This document shows, one piece after another, positions 25,711-39,082 of a stretch of DNA of 64,000 bases. Location of the stretch: assembly GCA_051294905.1 (NCBI GenBank), contig CM119374.1, positions 22,878,001 to 22,942,000 of the forward strand, written 5' to 3'. Source of the stretch: Botryllus schlosseri. Lineage: Eukaryota. The position numbers and the translations under genes were made by a program. The notes beneath the pieces were generated by a model. That model was not told the origin of the DNA. It worked only from the letters and a program-made list of their open reading frames with translations, and did no database searches. The stretch's first letter is position 1; each line of letters starts with the position of its first letter.

Positions 25711-26547
25711 ATCTTTTGGCGACCGGAAAGTATGGCATAGTATTGTTTTTCTCAATCATGCTACTTCGCTCACACATCGAATACTTTCGAACTATACTAA
25801 AACACGGACATGCCACTACGGTGATTTGGCCCGAAATATTTTCGAAAATCAAACACAGTTCCTCTTCCAGCTCTGGTTCTTCCACCCGACTGTGTTTACG
25901 AAATGACACTCCGTATGTATCAGTGTTTTGATCTCAAACTTGAGCGTGAACATGAGCTCAAACTTCGATTCAAACGAAGGTTTCGGAGCAACTTTTCACT
26001 GCAACAAGGATTGAGCTAACCATCTCACTTTCGAACAAGTTCGAAGTATTAGTTGAAAGTTTAGTTGAAGTTCACCCGCGTTGCGCGCTTCGCTGCTGCA
26101 TACAGCGAGATGTTGATCTTCGAAAATCGCAAGCATTCGTAATCGAAAATCGTAGCGGTCGATTGTAATCTGCGCGGTTTCCGTAAAATTGCGTTGCCCC
26201 CGGGAGCATCAGATAACACCGACTCATCGTGGTGCTGCGATCGCGCGGCATATTTTTCCGGATCAGAACGGTCGGACGCGGTCCCTCCCGAAAGCCGAGA
26301 TGCGATTTTCGCTTGTGGCGGTCTTTCCACGTGACATTTAGAAGTGTGATGTGGGGCCTTGTGTGTCGTGTTCTGTCCATTGAAAACGATATTTTAACGG
26401 GGAATATTTGGTGAATGACATGTCAATTCAAAAGATGACGGCTACTGCTAACTGCTAAAAGCAGTTCTTAATCTTGGACCTCTTGGGGTTCGAAGCACAA
26501 AATCAGAGCGCAAGAGATGTGGAATTAGGCCTATACGCTATCTAGAC

Positions 26548-26884
26548 CATTGGTTCCCAAAGGGGCGATGGAGGGCAAAATGTTAGAACGTCCATTGAGA
26601 TATATTCAGTTAACACGGTCAAAAATGCACGTGAAGACGGCATATTCTGCATATGAGTCGAGAAATAGTCAACCCAACTGAAAAGCAGACGGGGAGCCAG
26701 GTTTTCCGAGCACCTGCCACATCGGAAAAATGACCTTCTTTAGTAAATTCACCAGCTATCAGCGTTAGGTGAATAAATTTCCCGATTATACGTCCTCTTT
26801 TTCGGATCCGTAAATATGAGAAGGGCGAGGATTTGTGTCGTGATTGATAGGGGGCAATGGGTCGAAAAAGGTTGGAAATCGCCG
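26548..26884. mobile_element. Degenerate hAT-Charlie-like MITE
   Basis: Ends CATTGGTTCCCAA / TTGGAAATCGCCG resemble the CAGTGGTTCCCAA-type TIR; TSD ATCTAGAC / ATATAGAG with central TA. Confidence 0.5.
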
Positions 26885-27597
26885 ATATAGAGCCTAATAT
26901 TATTTTGCAAACCAACAAAAAGTGAAATATTTTCTGGCCAATCAAGTGTTCAACTCAAAAATATTTTCGTCGCGCTACGCCCGATTCCATGTCAACGGTC
27001 TTTTTGATTTTGTCAGAAGTTGTCTTGAAAATGGGCGAGAACTTTTATTATTAAAAGCTCACGGGGTAAGAGCGCTATAATGGTTAAGGAACACTGACTA
27101 ATAGTATTTGGAAAGGATTTCGGTATGTATGTACAGTACATTGTACATGTACGTACGTCGTACACGCGATAGCTGCCAGCCTCCGCAAGGTAGCGCGTCT
27201 GCCCGCCATGACCTTGCTCAAAGCTATGCGTGATACAAATCTACGTTTTTTTTTGTCTATTCAACACGCATGGAAGGGGTTCTTGCAACATTCCGTTGCA
27301 ATCAAGGCCCAACCGCCAGACTCGATCGATTAATCGCCTCCCACGCGTGGAGATGTTATCTGTAGATTACGAGGATTTAATGCGCTACGTTTCAATTCCC
27401 AACTTTTCACGAAAGCGTTATCACATGAGAAGACTTGGTTATGTGTATAGTTGTGGTTAGCTACGAAGTACACCTACTTTTTCAGAGTGCTCAAGTACGT
27501 TTTGTTTACTTCTTGCTCAAGTAGTTATGATTTGAGCCTGGTATTTTTTCTAAAGGACTTCTCGGAGGCACAGAACGTCAACACACAGTTGAATAAT

Positions 27598-27740
27598 ACA
27601 TTCATATAGAAATAAACCCGAATATTTTCGACTGACGCTCGTTAGGGGTGATCGTCAGCAACTAGACGAGAATTGGAAAGAACCTTGTATATCAACTATC
27701 GTATCACAAAATATGACTTCATCGGCATGGAATTTTGAAT
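27598..27740 (+). repeat. Family E copy (terminus plus internal segment); hammerhead core mutated (CTAACGA)
   Basis: Aligns with the other E termini; the internal part matches 11610-11695. Confidence 0.6.
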
Positions 27741-29072
27741 ACTGTAATCGCGCGGGCGAAGTTGCCCTTCTCCCCAAGCCCGTAACCTTGCACGACCATG
27801 TAAAATGCTTTAGGATTTTATGATAGCTGGATACAGTGTATGCGTAAACACGGTGATTGCGTTTTAAAGCAAATTTGCGAACTGTCGTAACATGCAGTAT
27901 CGTTATTGCATAGTTGCATGACTCCAACAGTATTGTCAATATTACTGTTTATGAGTACGTGACGTAATGTTTCGGAAACTACATCTCTTAGCTGTAGTAT
28001 CATATGATTAATTTCGTGTCAACATGACTCGCATTGCGCAAGCATGAGCGCTTACGTGGAAGTTGCCTTTAGCATACTTGACACTTGACAGGGTGGCGTG
28101 CAAGTGCACCTTGTGAGAATTTAGATTGGCTGACTAGCATGTCGGTGTCGGTATCAGTGTGCCATTGGAATCCATTCAATATTATCAGACAGGAAGTTCA
28201 ACGTGCTGCCCTACCTGCACAGTGCACATCATCGTGTTGACTTACGAAATAAAACACAACGGGAATTTTCAATAAGGAATGCGTCATGGTTTGAATATGC
28301 GACGCTACAATCTTTTCCAAAACGTCAATTATGCGGGTGATAATCTGAACCGTCTTGATTTCATTGATACATCACACAGGTTTTACGACACGGTCCGAGT
28401 AGATATTATTTAAATATCAAGTTTTTCTTGATGGGCGTGGTTGATATACAGATGTGGTTACGTGTCTCGGTACGTAATCCTCAATAATTCCACCAGTTCC
28501 CTGGCTAGTTCAGTTTTTGTCACTCGGTCACCTGGTGCGACAAGCCTGCTGGTCATATTCATGATCATCAAATGTCGAGCATCACGCGCATTGTGACGTT
28601 GACGGACTCGTCTCTGTGATGTTTACGAGCGAGGTTATTTACGAGGGTGTGTCCGCTTGTAATTGTTGTTTGGAAACACTATTTGCTTGTCAGTTTAGTT
28701 GCAATCGAAATAGAAACGGTACTATTGTACAAGGGCGTTATCCCGTTGATATTGAAATAACTCTTTATACAGCATGTGCCCATTTCGCTATTAATTTCAG
28801 CGACTTGTACTATAGTATTATTTATCGAGGTTGTTGATACTTCGTTTGAGTTCTTGAACTTGGACTTTGACGGCGCGTTGCGTCTCTTTTGCATCGTCGA
28901 TGTTTCAAAATTCTTTCGTGTGCACAAAAGAAACTCGCAAGGTAAACATTTTAAAGGGTATGAAAAAACGCCGTGTATTTTATTTATTTATATTTCGAAA
29001 AATACCAATCTTTTGCACAAAAGATAATAGTAAGGCAAACATTTTTGAGTGTCTTGAAGAATAGCTACATAT

Positions 29073-29111
29073 AGGAGCCTACGATAACTTGGTTGTATAT
29101 CGTAGGCCCCG
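29073..29111. mobile_element. Ultra-short hairpin element (family D), older copy, 39 bp
   Basis: AGGAGCCTACGATAAC...ATATCGTAGGCCCCG; flanks TACATAT / TGTATAA match only 4/7. Confidence 0.5.
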
Positions 29112-30079
29112 TGTATAATACATTGTTTTATATTATGGAAAACACGAATGCGATGATATCTTGAAAGTGTGACGCGCTAGAAAAAAATAACGGTATATTC
29201 GAATCAGCGGGAAAAGTACATCTAACACCACGAATTCACCTGTTCGTTTAAAAAATCGTGTGAAATTTTGTTGGCCAGTAATAATTTAGTATTTTTTTTC
29301 AATCTCGGTGTTATTTACAGCATTCTCTCAATCTCATTCTCAGTATTCATACAGCTTTGATATAATTCAGTAAGCGTTTTCAGATACCCTCATTCTATAT
29401 ATATGACACTAATAATTATTATTATCGCGTATGTGAATCTGCCGCCGAATGTAGACAAGCCAATATCATACACTGGCGTACAATGGAATATATGTTCTTC
29501 TAAACACGAAATAAATCACGGGCCCCTTTCTCCCCCATTTGTTGACTAAAATGTTCGCACCCCATTCGTGACATCGTTCCGGAGTCAGCAAGCACCGGAA
29601 TTTTTTCTCGGTACGCGGCGAGTTGTTTTTCCGCATCTAAAGATTTCGTGATTTGCCTATAAGCAAGATATTTCGATGGCATTGCTGCGCGATATTAATG
29701 CAAATAAAACAACCGAAGGTATGCTGACTGTGCGGTTATACTCGGCACGGTTTCGCATTCGCGGATATGACTTCGTATAATGAGACATGTAAAATTCCTT
29801 CTTACAAGATGCGGTATTTCCTCGCCGGTTTCCGAAACCCATCTCTATTCAATGAGCCACCAGCGATAACCATGCAAGACTATATTCGTCTGCATACTTC
29901 TTGCACATTTATTGCTGGTTTGCATTCGGTCGGTATCACGCGTTGGGGGTCATATGCGGATATGATCGAATGAATATATACAAGTCAGCCTTCGAGATTA
30001 CCGGACCACGACATGCCATCCCATGTCTTGTGATGTCTTGAAATGATGACAGTATTCATAAACGAATGAAGGCATGAAT

Positions 30080-30260
30080 AATTGCGAGATTCTATGCTAG
30101 TCTTATATCGAGATATACGTATGCTTTATTTTAACTATAGCATGACATCGTCTCTTACCGTATTTCCCTGTGATTTTAGGGATATTGAAATATCCGTCTC
30201 CCTATCTCATTCGTGTGATGAATACCAGACTTGGAGAACTATAGATAATTACCAACAATA
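30080..30260 (-). mobile_element. Possible RTE-like LINE reverse-transcriptase remnant
   Basis: Minus-strand NYL*...TNEIGRRI resembles the RTE-type YLGS...EIxRRI segment; heavily decayed. Confidence 0.25.
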
Positions 30261-32953
30261 ATCTAATTCTTGTTTGGCCGCAGTCTTGAGAATCTCGAAA
30301 CCCCATTCATGTGATAAGTACGATTTCTCATTACACTAACAATGTAGTGTGCGCCCCGTGCGAGTTCGAGTACGTTCGGTTGGAATGCGTGTTCAACAGT
30401 TCAACGTCATTAAGACATTGATTACAACTTGACCATCACGCACATTTACCGTAAAAGCAATGTAGCGCTGAATATGCAGGTGCGGTGCAGTATTTGTTTT
30501 ATCGCAAGCTTGAATCGTGTAACGAAACGTGATATCGCTTGCTTTCAACGCCTTTTCAAGTGTACCTGCTGTCGTTTATATTTAGATTGCTTCTGTATGG
30601 TCAGCGTGTATATGACAGGAGTTTGCTATGGCTTGTCGAGATTCGATAAAGGATAACTGTTATGGAAAAATGGTATTCAATGAGTGATATGCTTCCGCAT
30701 GCCTCCTGGTTCACAGAATATGACTCTACATAAACACATGTATCTTTGAGTGGTGGTGCTTCACTTACCATCTTTCTGCGAAGTTCACTACTGGAGTATT
30801 TGGTTTTATTAAGGTGCTAGACATAAACAAATATCTATGATGACTTTGATTTATTAAACATCTTAAAGTATGACTAGTATCTGTAGATAGAGGATCGTAT
30901 AAGGTTGTCCAATTACCATGGACTACTCCTGGTCAACAAATAATTTCGTAGACCGGGATATTGAAACATACAATTGAATAGTATGCAATGCAATGCAATA
31001 GTATATTCAATTGTATATTGAAGTTCTGTACCTCCAAGAAGCTCTTGAAACAGATATATGAAGCATGATGATGGCGTCACGTCTATATCGTGATAATAAC
31101 GAACGATTATATACACTGTGTTGAAGTTGATGTATATAACCTGCGTGGCTGCGTAGTATAGTATTTTGACATGGTCACATGACTATTATTATCACAGCAA
31201 AGAAAATTTGAATCTGAGTTGGGAACGCGCTAATCTGTGTGACTCATTGTTCGAAACGCACGACACCGGGCAAGCTCGTCTTTAGCACGTGGTACGCCCT
31301 TACCATATTCGTTGTGTACCAATTTGAATTCCGATTGATTTCATATTTACCTGGTGGTACCGTTGATATGGCAATGCGTGCGTGTTACCGACGTGGTTCC
31401 AAGTTAGCGTTCAATGACATAATTTGCCTAATATGCCTAATTCTTAAGGAGGCACGTACGCAAAAGGCCGTGCTTCTATCCAGCTTCGCCCAAGCATTAA
31501 ATTAATATAGGAAGGCGTGCCACATCCTGCGCGTAATATTTAATGTGTGTAATTGCAATGAGGTTGTTTGTATTCGAAATGAATGGTAACTTTCCCCACT
31601 TGGTAATTGAGGTTGAGTGGTATTATCGACATATAGGGTTTGATTTGCAGTATGATAACACAAACATCCGGGTCATAGCCATTACCGATCATATTCGTTG
31701 TGTTATGTAACATGTTTTGCAAAATGCAAAGTTATGATATACGAGTCTTGCTTGTTAAGCCTTTTATTGCAGTGTAGATATCTTGGAGTTTATTTTAGGG
31801 TGATTGCAATCTAAGATCAAAGCACGAAATGAATGCTGCACGACAGCATGCCGTGATTTATACCGGAAGATTACAAATCCTCCCGTTACCCTAATATCTG
31901 CCTTGATAATTCTTTTTGGTGTTGAAATGTTGTTATGTATCGACTGTACCTCATATCATCGCCGTGGAATCAACATAGCTTGAGTCCACTTTTACGGAGT
32001 GATTAACTGTGAAACAATATGATAAACATAATCATGGTCACGATATGACCGAAAAAATGAGAATTTTACAAAAACTTGATTTTCTACGAGCTTGAAAAAT
32101 GGACCTCAAATTTGAAAAGAAAAATCATAACCTGCTTTCAACCACATCGCCAGTACCGCGTTATAAATCGAAGTCCATCATCCTAATACCGATGATATCA
32201 GGTGGAAAGATAATCTCACCTTTCGCAACCCACCTTTTAGGATGGGCTCTGCTAATTCCCACTACAACTGCATTATGTTGGGTAAAAAGACGCGATTTCT
32301 TGGTCACGTATAAAGGTGTACTGTGTCAGTATAAAAATTTATCTAAATCGCACTCATCATCGCGTTGGGTCATGAACGTGATACTGTCACGGTTTGAATA
32401 CATTCTCTGTCTCCCGATGTTAATTTCGAAGAAACGCAGTGAGATGCGCAGATTCAGGTTCGCTGTTCGCGGAAATCCTGTGTTTTCGAGATCGCTTCGA
32501 ATTTACGGCGAAGGCGTATTTCGATTTTGAAATTCGCCCCGGCTTTGGCACGCCCTAACCGTCAAATCCGTGTCGGTCGCGCTATTAATAGACGCGCGCC
32601 CTTGTTTAGAATTTGCGCGGAATATTGTGTAAGGGCGCGCGTTTAGCTTTTCAATAGACTTGGGCTATTGGTTTGAGTTTACGACGTAAGGATTTTAAAC
32701 AACGCGTGAAGTGACATTGTTCAACGGCTTGACGTGTGTTTTTAGTTTTTGATTCAACAACAACAGTCCGCGGCAATGTTTTCATTTCAATGGTGCACAG
32801 TATGACGAATGTCGTATATTTCGCCGATTTTCACAGTAGCTTAGGGTTCAAATCAGGTAAACTGTACTCTGTGGTGCATAATGTGACTTTCGCGCTTGTC
32901 CCAATTGGGGAACACGTGTCAAATCCACCAATTCTTGTGCAGACGTAATATGT

Positions 32954-33688
32954 CCGGGATTATGACCAAGTCGCAAGGTTCCGAGTCACAAGTCAATTTT
33001 ACGATGCAAAACAAATTTGACTCGATTCCAACCCGTGAAATCGGAATTAATAATTCTGGGATTACCCGCCGCCGATGCTATTTTTGCAGATGCAGAACTT
33101 TCAACTGCAATAACTTGACTTCTGCAGGTTGGAATTGTGTCAGATTTGCTTAGCATTGTTTTTGAAGGCAACCCAATAATTTCATCATAGGGTTGACAAA
33201 AAAATTTGAATTTTTTTATAATTTTTCATAATAATCTGAAAATGTAAATTCGCTCTGTGGCGGCTTATACTTGTTAGAATTGAACCAAATTTGGTTCGCA
33301 ACGTTTTTTAGGGTAACCTGACAATTTAATCAGTGAATCACTGGAATCCTGAAAAAGTGCAGTTTCAAGTTAAAGTCTTGTTAAACCCACTTTTTACAAC
33401 TTGGTTATATCGAAAACTTCGCATTCATAATATAGTCATTTTCCTCACTTTTAACAGTTTCTGGTTACATTTTCAAGTATACCGGTACTGTTAGACGAAA
33501 CACCAATAGCGTGATAACTTCACTATTCTTCGAAAATACAAGGGAATGCATGTCTTGGTAGTCCGGTTCTCGGGTCATATGAATAAGACCTAGTCGTGCA
33601 CGATGAGTCGAGTACAAGTCGAGTCAAGAAAATGACTCGAGTCAAGTAGAGTCACCAAAAAATCGCGACTCGAGTCATTACAACCCTG
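32954..33688 (+). mobile_element. Family A hAT MITE containing a nested family B-related fragment (~33040-33370)
   Basis: Right TIR TTACAACCCTG intact, left end degenerate; the inner fragment aligns with 62650-62850. Confidence 0.65.
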
Positions 33689-35071
33689 GATATACCCCAG
33701 GAATGTAGTAGGGTCTGCGTGTGTAGTGCGCCACCCCAAGACATCGCAAAAAGCTTGAACACGCAAACGGAACCTACTATCATACAATACATGAGGATTG
33801 GTATATTTGACCCGTTTTCACACGTAGGAATCGGTGTGAAAACAAAATTTTGTGTTAGAAAGTGCTGATGGCCTGATTTGCACGCACTCTCCGCTATGGT
33901 GCGGATATTGCTAATACAGCGATTGTCCATCCACGCATTTACCGTGTAGTTTACGTATATGGTATTTCGTCGGCAAAATTAATGCGCTATATTCAGTAAA
34001 CAAGCTAAGCCGATTATGGACGTTACGAAAATTTCCGCGACTGCACCTCACTGCGTTTTAGTGTCAAACTATTTTCTGTCCCTCATCTACGTTATAGGAT
34101 TTGCAGCAAAGCATGCAAAACCCCATCTCAAAGCAGGTATAAGCTGGTTATGTAAGACAACACTGGCATAGTCGAATGCAATTCGAAACGCGACATGCGT
34201 CAGGTTGCGACATAATCTCTCGGGAAGTGGGTGCGCGACTCCTTTTAAGGGGTTGAGGGTCGAGCGCCACTTGTCGTGTTAGTATGCGGCTCACGAAAGC
34301 GTGGTTTTGCCTGTTGTACTGTAAAATGTTCATTTGTTCATATTTATATTATTATCATCAATTCAAAAGAGCACATTGAAAAGTTAGGAAGGAGTCAAAA
34401 CAACTAGGAAAAGTCGTTCAACCAAACTGCCACCCGCTGGCAACATTTTTCTTCTATTCACACTTGTAATATACTTACGTAGAAGGATTGGAACGAGTAG
34501 TATTAGCTAATTCCAATCCCTATGCCAAATATGATAAAAGTTAAGTATGAACGCTACATAGAGTTCTCAATGAGTTAACAAAAGCTATTGAATCAATTCT
34601 CAATAAAATTGGTCCTTGTCAGCAAAACTGCTTCATTAATAACTAGTCACGTAATTTTTATGACGCAATACCTGACACACGATTAAAGATTATTCACGCA
34701 TTGTGACATCACTTGCATTTACACTGTATATTGTGTGCGACTGACGCCTTAAATGAGTTACATGCAGTTTTGAAGTTGACACTTACTAAGGGCTGAGTGA
34801 GAATGTTTGGGATCCCTGAAGGTTCAGGACAACGTGTCAACCTACAGAGAAGTCCGGGGTATGGTATACCTTTTTAGACTTACGTACTTTTAAGCATTAA
34901 GTTCAACACCGAAATTACGAACATGTTCTGGAACTCCATACGTAGGGCAACCCTACTGTAACAGCAGCAATGTCAGCCGTCGCTTCCACCACATAAAGTC
35001 AAGCTATCTATGTGACTGGTCTTTTGATTGAACTGACAATAATGTCTCCTCCCTTTTGAGTTGGTAAAGAT

Positions 35072-35567
35072 TGGGGCTGGGCACAATGATTCGAGTACTC
35101 GAATCTGAATCGAGTACTAATTTTAATGATTCGAGCCGAGTAGTAAAAGCCGATTACTGAAATTATACGCTCCTGTCAACGGAAAGTTAATTTACTAACG
35201 AGAATTATAGTTTTGATACTATTTTCCTATGAAAAAACCTTGGAACCTTAATTGGCCGTGTCGCAGCATACGAAACGCTACGAACGTTACTGGAAATAAC
35301 ACATTTCTGAAGTCATGATCATCCCGCAACATTATCAAGAAGTGCAATTAAATCGGTATGGTCGAAAAAATACCAAAGTATCTTTGATGGGACGGATAAC
35401 GGGCAATATGTTCTTTGTGGTGGCATAAAAAGTTCATATTTGAACCTTGACGTAGTACAATCATTCGTGACGTCGTAATGAGTGATACTCGAATACTCGA
35501 CTCGACTCGAAGCACAATAGGTGATTCGGAATCGAATCACTCAGGTACTCGATTTTGCCCAGCCCTA
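35072..35567 (+). mobile_element. Family C hAT MITE (TAGGGCTGGGCA termini)
   Basis: TGGGGCTGGGCA...TGCCCAGCCCTA; flanks share TAAAGAT; reverse complement of 61597-62102 along its whole length. Confidence 0.8.
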
Positions 35568-38078
35568 TAAAGATAGAGGGCGTATTCATTTCCATTTCGA
35601 CCCATCGTCACAGCGCCGATGAATCGTGTCGCTCGATTTGCGGTTAGGAATACAACGTCGCGAGGTGGGTATTTGCCTGTTTTGATAACCGACGAAAATA
35701 TGCGTTTTGCGGAACGAATGATTTTTCCAATATTTATGTTTCGCTCTTCCGTGACATAACCAAATCCAGCACACGTGTTCGTCGCGCCCCTGTCACTTAA
35801 CGAGCCTTTTATCCGCCGTGCGTGTTGACTGTAAATGGCATTTTAGGAGGGAGGCGCTTGTCACCGAATTTCTATATTTTGAAATGAAAATTCCGGTGCT
35901 GATATCCTACTCGAATTCTTGGCGACAGGGAGTCTTCTTAAGTGCTGTGCTACCGCACCTGCAGTATTATATGCGTCTGGACTCTTCATAACTTGACGGT
36001 GTATGTAAAGCTTTGGGATTTAGAAATAAATCCGAGAATTGCGCACGCACTGGGTATATATTTTCAAACTAAAATAATGTACGGTTTTTAGTTGCCTCAA
36101 ATGCCTGACGATAATCTTAAATTAGGTCGTAGGCGGCGTAAAAACCGCAGAATATTCGAAGGTCTAGTCCCGAATTCGGATTCTCGAATCTGAATCAATG
36201 GTGTTCTCTGGAAATCCTATGTACCGAATTTATACATTGAAGAGATAAATCCGCCTTGGCCCAGGCATCCGAATAAGAATATCAAGCTGTGTAGACCTCT
36301 GAGGCAGTGGTTTTTTGAAGCTTTTTTAACCTGGCGAACCAGTACGCTAATCTGTAAGCTTCGGCGAACCCCAAATTTTCGCCTAGTCACAGAAACAAAA
36401 ATCTTTAGATTGAAAATCTTTTACATCAAAGTAAATTGCTGGTGCGAAAGATGAGCTGTGCGTCACCAACATTGTAATAAGAACAAAATCAGTGAAACAT
36501 GATTTGCACACACAACATAGAGGTTAATCATTCATTCATTGCCAATCAGTGTGACTTTGGCCCAATGATTGGGGTGTGTGTGTGTGTCTTGACTTCCAGC
36601 GAACCTCTGGCGTTCGCGTGAACCCCTGTGAAGAACAATTGCTCCAGATAATTTGTTTATTTGGTGACTGGTGCTCATTTTAGGAATCGCGAACAATTTT
36701 TGTCGAATATTGTCAAGTGACAAATTACTCTATAGCCATTACAAGTAATCTGCGCAGTGCGCATACACTTACCGGTGGAATCTCTCCTCGGAGCTGTAGA
36801 TTGTTGACATTTCGGCCAGCTGTTGTATTTAGCCCTTCCGTGCGATACTCAGGTAATCACCATTATCAAGTTAAGTTAGGGACGTGTGGAATTAGGTCAG
36901 AAATCGCTTATATAACCCGTCTTCGTGTTCATTGTTCGTGACAGTGATTGCGCATTGCTGGCTCGCGTCGTGTCTCTGCGGTAGACTCAGGAGTTTTAGC
37001 AAGCTGGCGTTTTTACGTGACTCATAGGCGATAGTAACGTTAAATACTCAATGCACTTGAACAGTCATTACCACAGTCTTGAGATTGCAGATTTGGCGTT
37101 TTTTGTGTATGATGTGTTGGATTATAGATGTCTGATTGTCTGTGGATGGTATCAATCAAACTGTGTGTTCTGAGAGCTTCTGTGGATTATAGTTGACATG
37201 CGCAGGGGGCTTACCATGACCCCCGGGGTGGTCACTGGTCAGGTGTATAGTGAAAGGCGCATTTACCCCACCTTCCTAGTTTTGGACTTGGGACGTTATC
37301 TGTGTTCATTGCGTGACAATTGATCGAAATTTACGTCACCTACATTTTCACTCAAATAGATTAGCTGTTTTCAAGCAAGTAAAAGTATTATAGGGCTAGT
37401 TTTGCCGAAAACTCTAGAAGTAGAAGTAGGACACAACTGCTTGAGCAAAATGTTTAAAATAATTCGGTACTTCGAAAAATTAAATGTAGCCAAAACCTAT
37501 TCCAGAAAAAGTAATGCGTCACTGAAAACACTTGAGTTTAAGAGGAAGTGATCTCAAAGCATAACCTCTGGAAAAGTAAAAGTACTTCGTAAGTGACCAC
37601 ATCTTGTTGAAATTTCGTTTCTGCTCCCTTCTCATCTTGGTCACGCCTCTGCCAATCACCATCACTTAAGCTAACCTGTGTGATGTGAAATAATTCAAGA
37701 CATAGCAGTTGATAAGAGCCGATAGTGGATTTACCCCAGTCGTCAAGTGTAGACGGAGATAGTGAGACTTAAAGACCTTTGTAGCGTTTCATTGGCAACG
37801 TAGAACGTCAGTTATGTATCCCAAGAGGTTTTTGACTTGGTATGCGTTGCGGTTACATTGGTTGGTTGGAAGTGTCCGACATTATAGCGACGAGTAATTA
37901 AATCGTTATTGGTTGGAAGCTAATCGAAGTAAGCAGCTGTCGAAGGTGTTGTCGTGTAGGTGAGCAGTTGGCGGTCGGCTGTTTACCGACGCGTGCGGCG
38001 ACTTCACCTAGTCGTTGAAAGCAAATACCAAGGGTATATAACTGCCCTCGAACGACTTCTCGTAAACTGTAATCACAC

Positions 38079-39082
38079 CAGGGTTGTAACCAAGTCGCAA
38101 GGTTCCTAATCACAAGTCAATCTCACTTTGATAGTTTTCACTCTAGTCAAGTCGAGTCATTTTCAATCCCCCCCCCCCGAGTCAAGTCCAAGTCAGTGAG
38201 TAGAGGGTCGAGTCCGAGTCATAGTGTTTGACTCGAGTCTGAGTCCAAGCCATTATGTTCACTGTTCAATAAGGGTATTCAAAAATGACTTTTTTCTCAA
38301 ATCGTACTGGCTACTTGATAACATTGTTAGGTTACCGGTACCTAATTTAAGCCTAAACACCAAATTTGGCTCAGTTCCAGCCAGTAGCCGCATTGCTACA
38401 GGAGAAGAAAGTTTCGATTTATTATATAAAAATAAATAACAAAAAATTTGAAATTATTGCTGCCAAAAATTTGAATTTGAATAAAATAGTATTCACGGTG
38501 AGCACCACTATAATAAATAAATCAAGAATTGGTCACCGTAAATACTATTTTATTCATAAATCAAATTTTTCGACGGCAATTACTACTTTTCCACTGGTTG
38601 TAATTGAACCAAATTTGGTGAACAGCGTTTCTATAGACAACCCAACACTTTCATGGGGTGAACAGAAAATTTTCAAATTTATTTTTATATAATAAATCGA
38701 AACTTTCTTCTCCTGTAGCAATGCGGCTACTGGCTGGAATTAAGCCAAATTTGGTGTGTAGGCTTAAATTAGGTAACCTAACAATTTTATCAAGGAGCCT
38801 AGCCAGTACGATTTGAGAAAAAAGTCATTTTTTAATACCCTACTGTTCAATTTCCAGTTCAATCCGGCTCAACCCACTTTTTCAACTCTGCTCGAGTGAT
38901 ATTGAATGGCTCCCATTCATACTATAGTAAGTTTCCTTGGTCTCAACAGTTTCTGGTCCTATTTTTTCAAGTATCAGGACTAATAGACGAAGTACCGATA
39001 ATGTGGTAACTTTACTATATTCTTCGAAGTTACAATGAAATGTCTGTCTTGACCGGCCTAGTATCGAGTCATTACAACCGTG
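38079..39082 (+). mobile_element. Family A hAT MITE split by a family B insertion
   Basis: CAGGGTTGTAA start and TTACAACCGTG end; removing 38270-38850 restores colinearity with 22744-23309 apart from a deletion near the right end. Confidence 0.75.
38270..38842. mobile_element. Family B fold-back hAT MITE nested in family A
   Basis: TAAGGGTATTC...AATACCCTA; perfect TSD CTGTTCAA (38262-38269 and 38843-38850); the left arm has an internal deletion. Confidence 0.85.

Noticed and set aside
32099-32530. 143-aa ORF
   Set aside because: It begins in a dispersed repeat fragment and has no recognisable motif.
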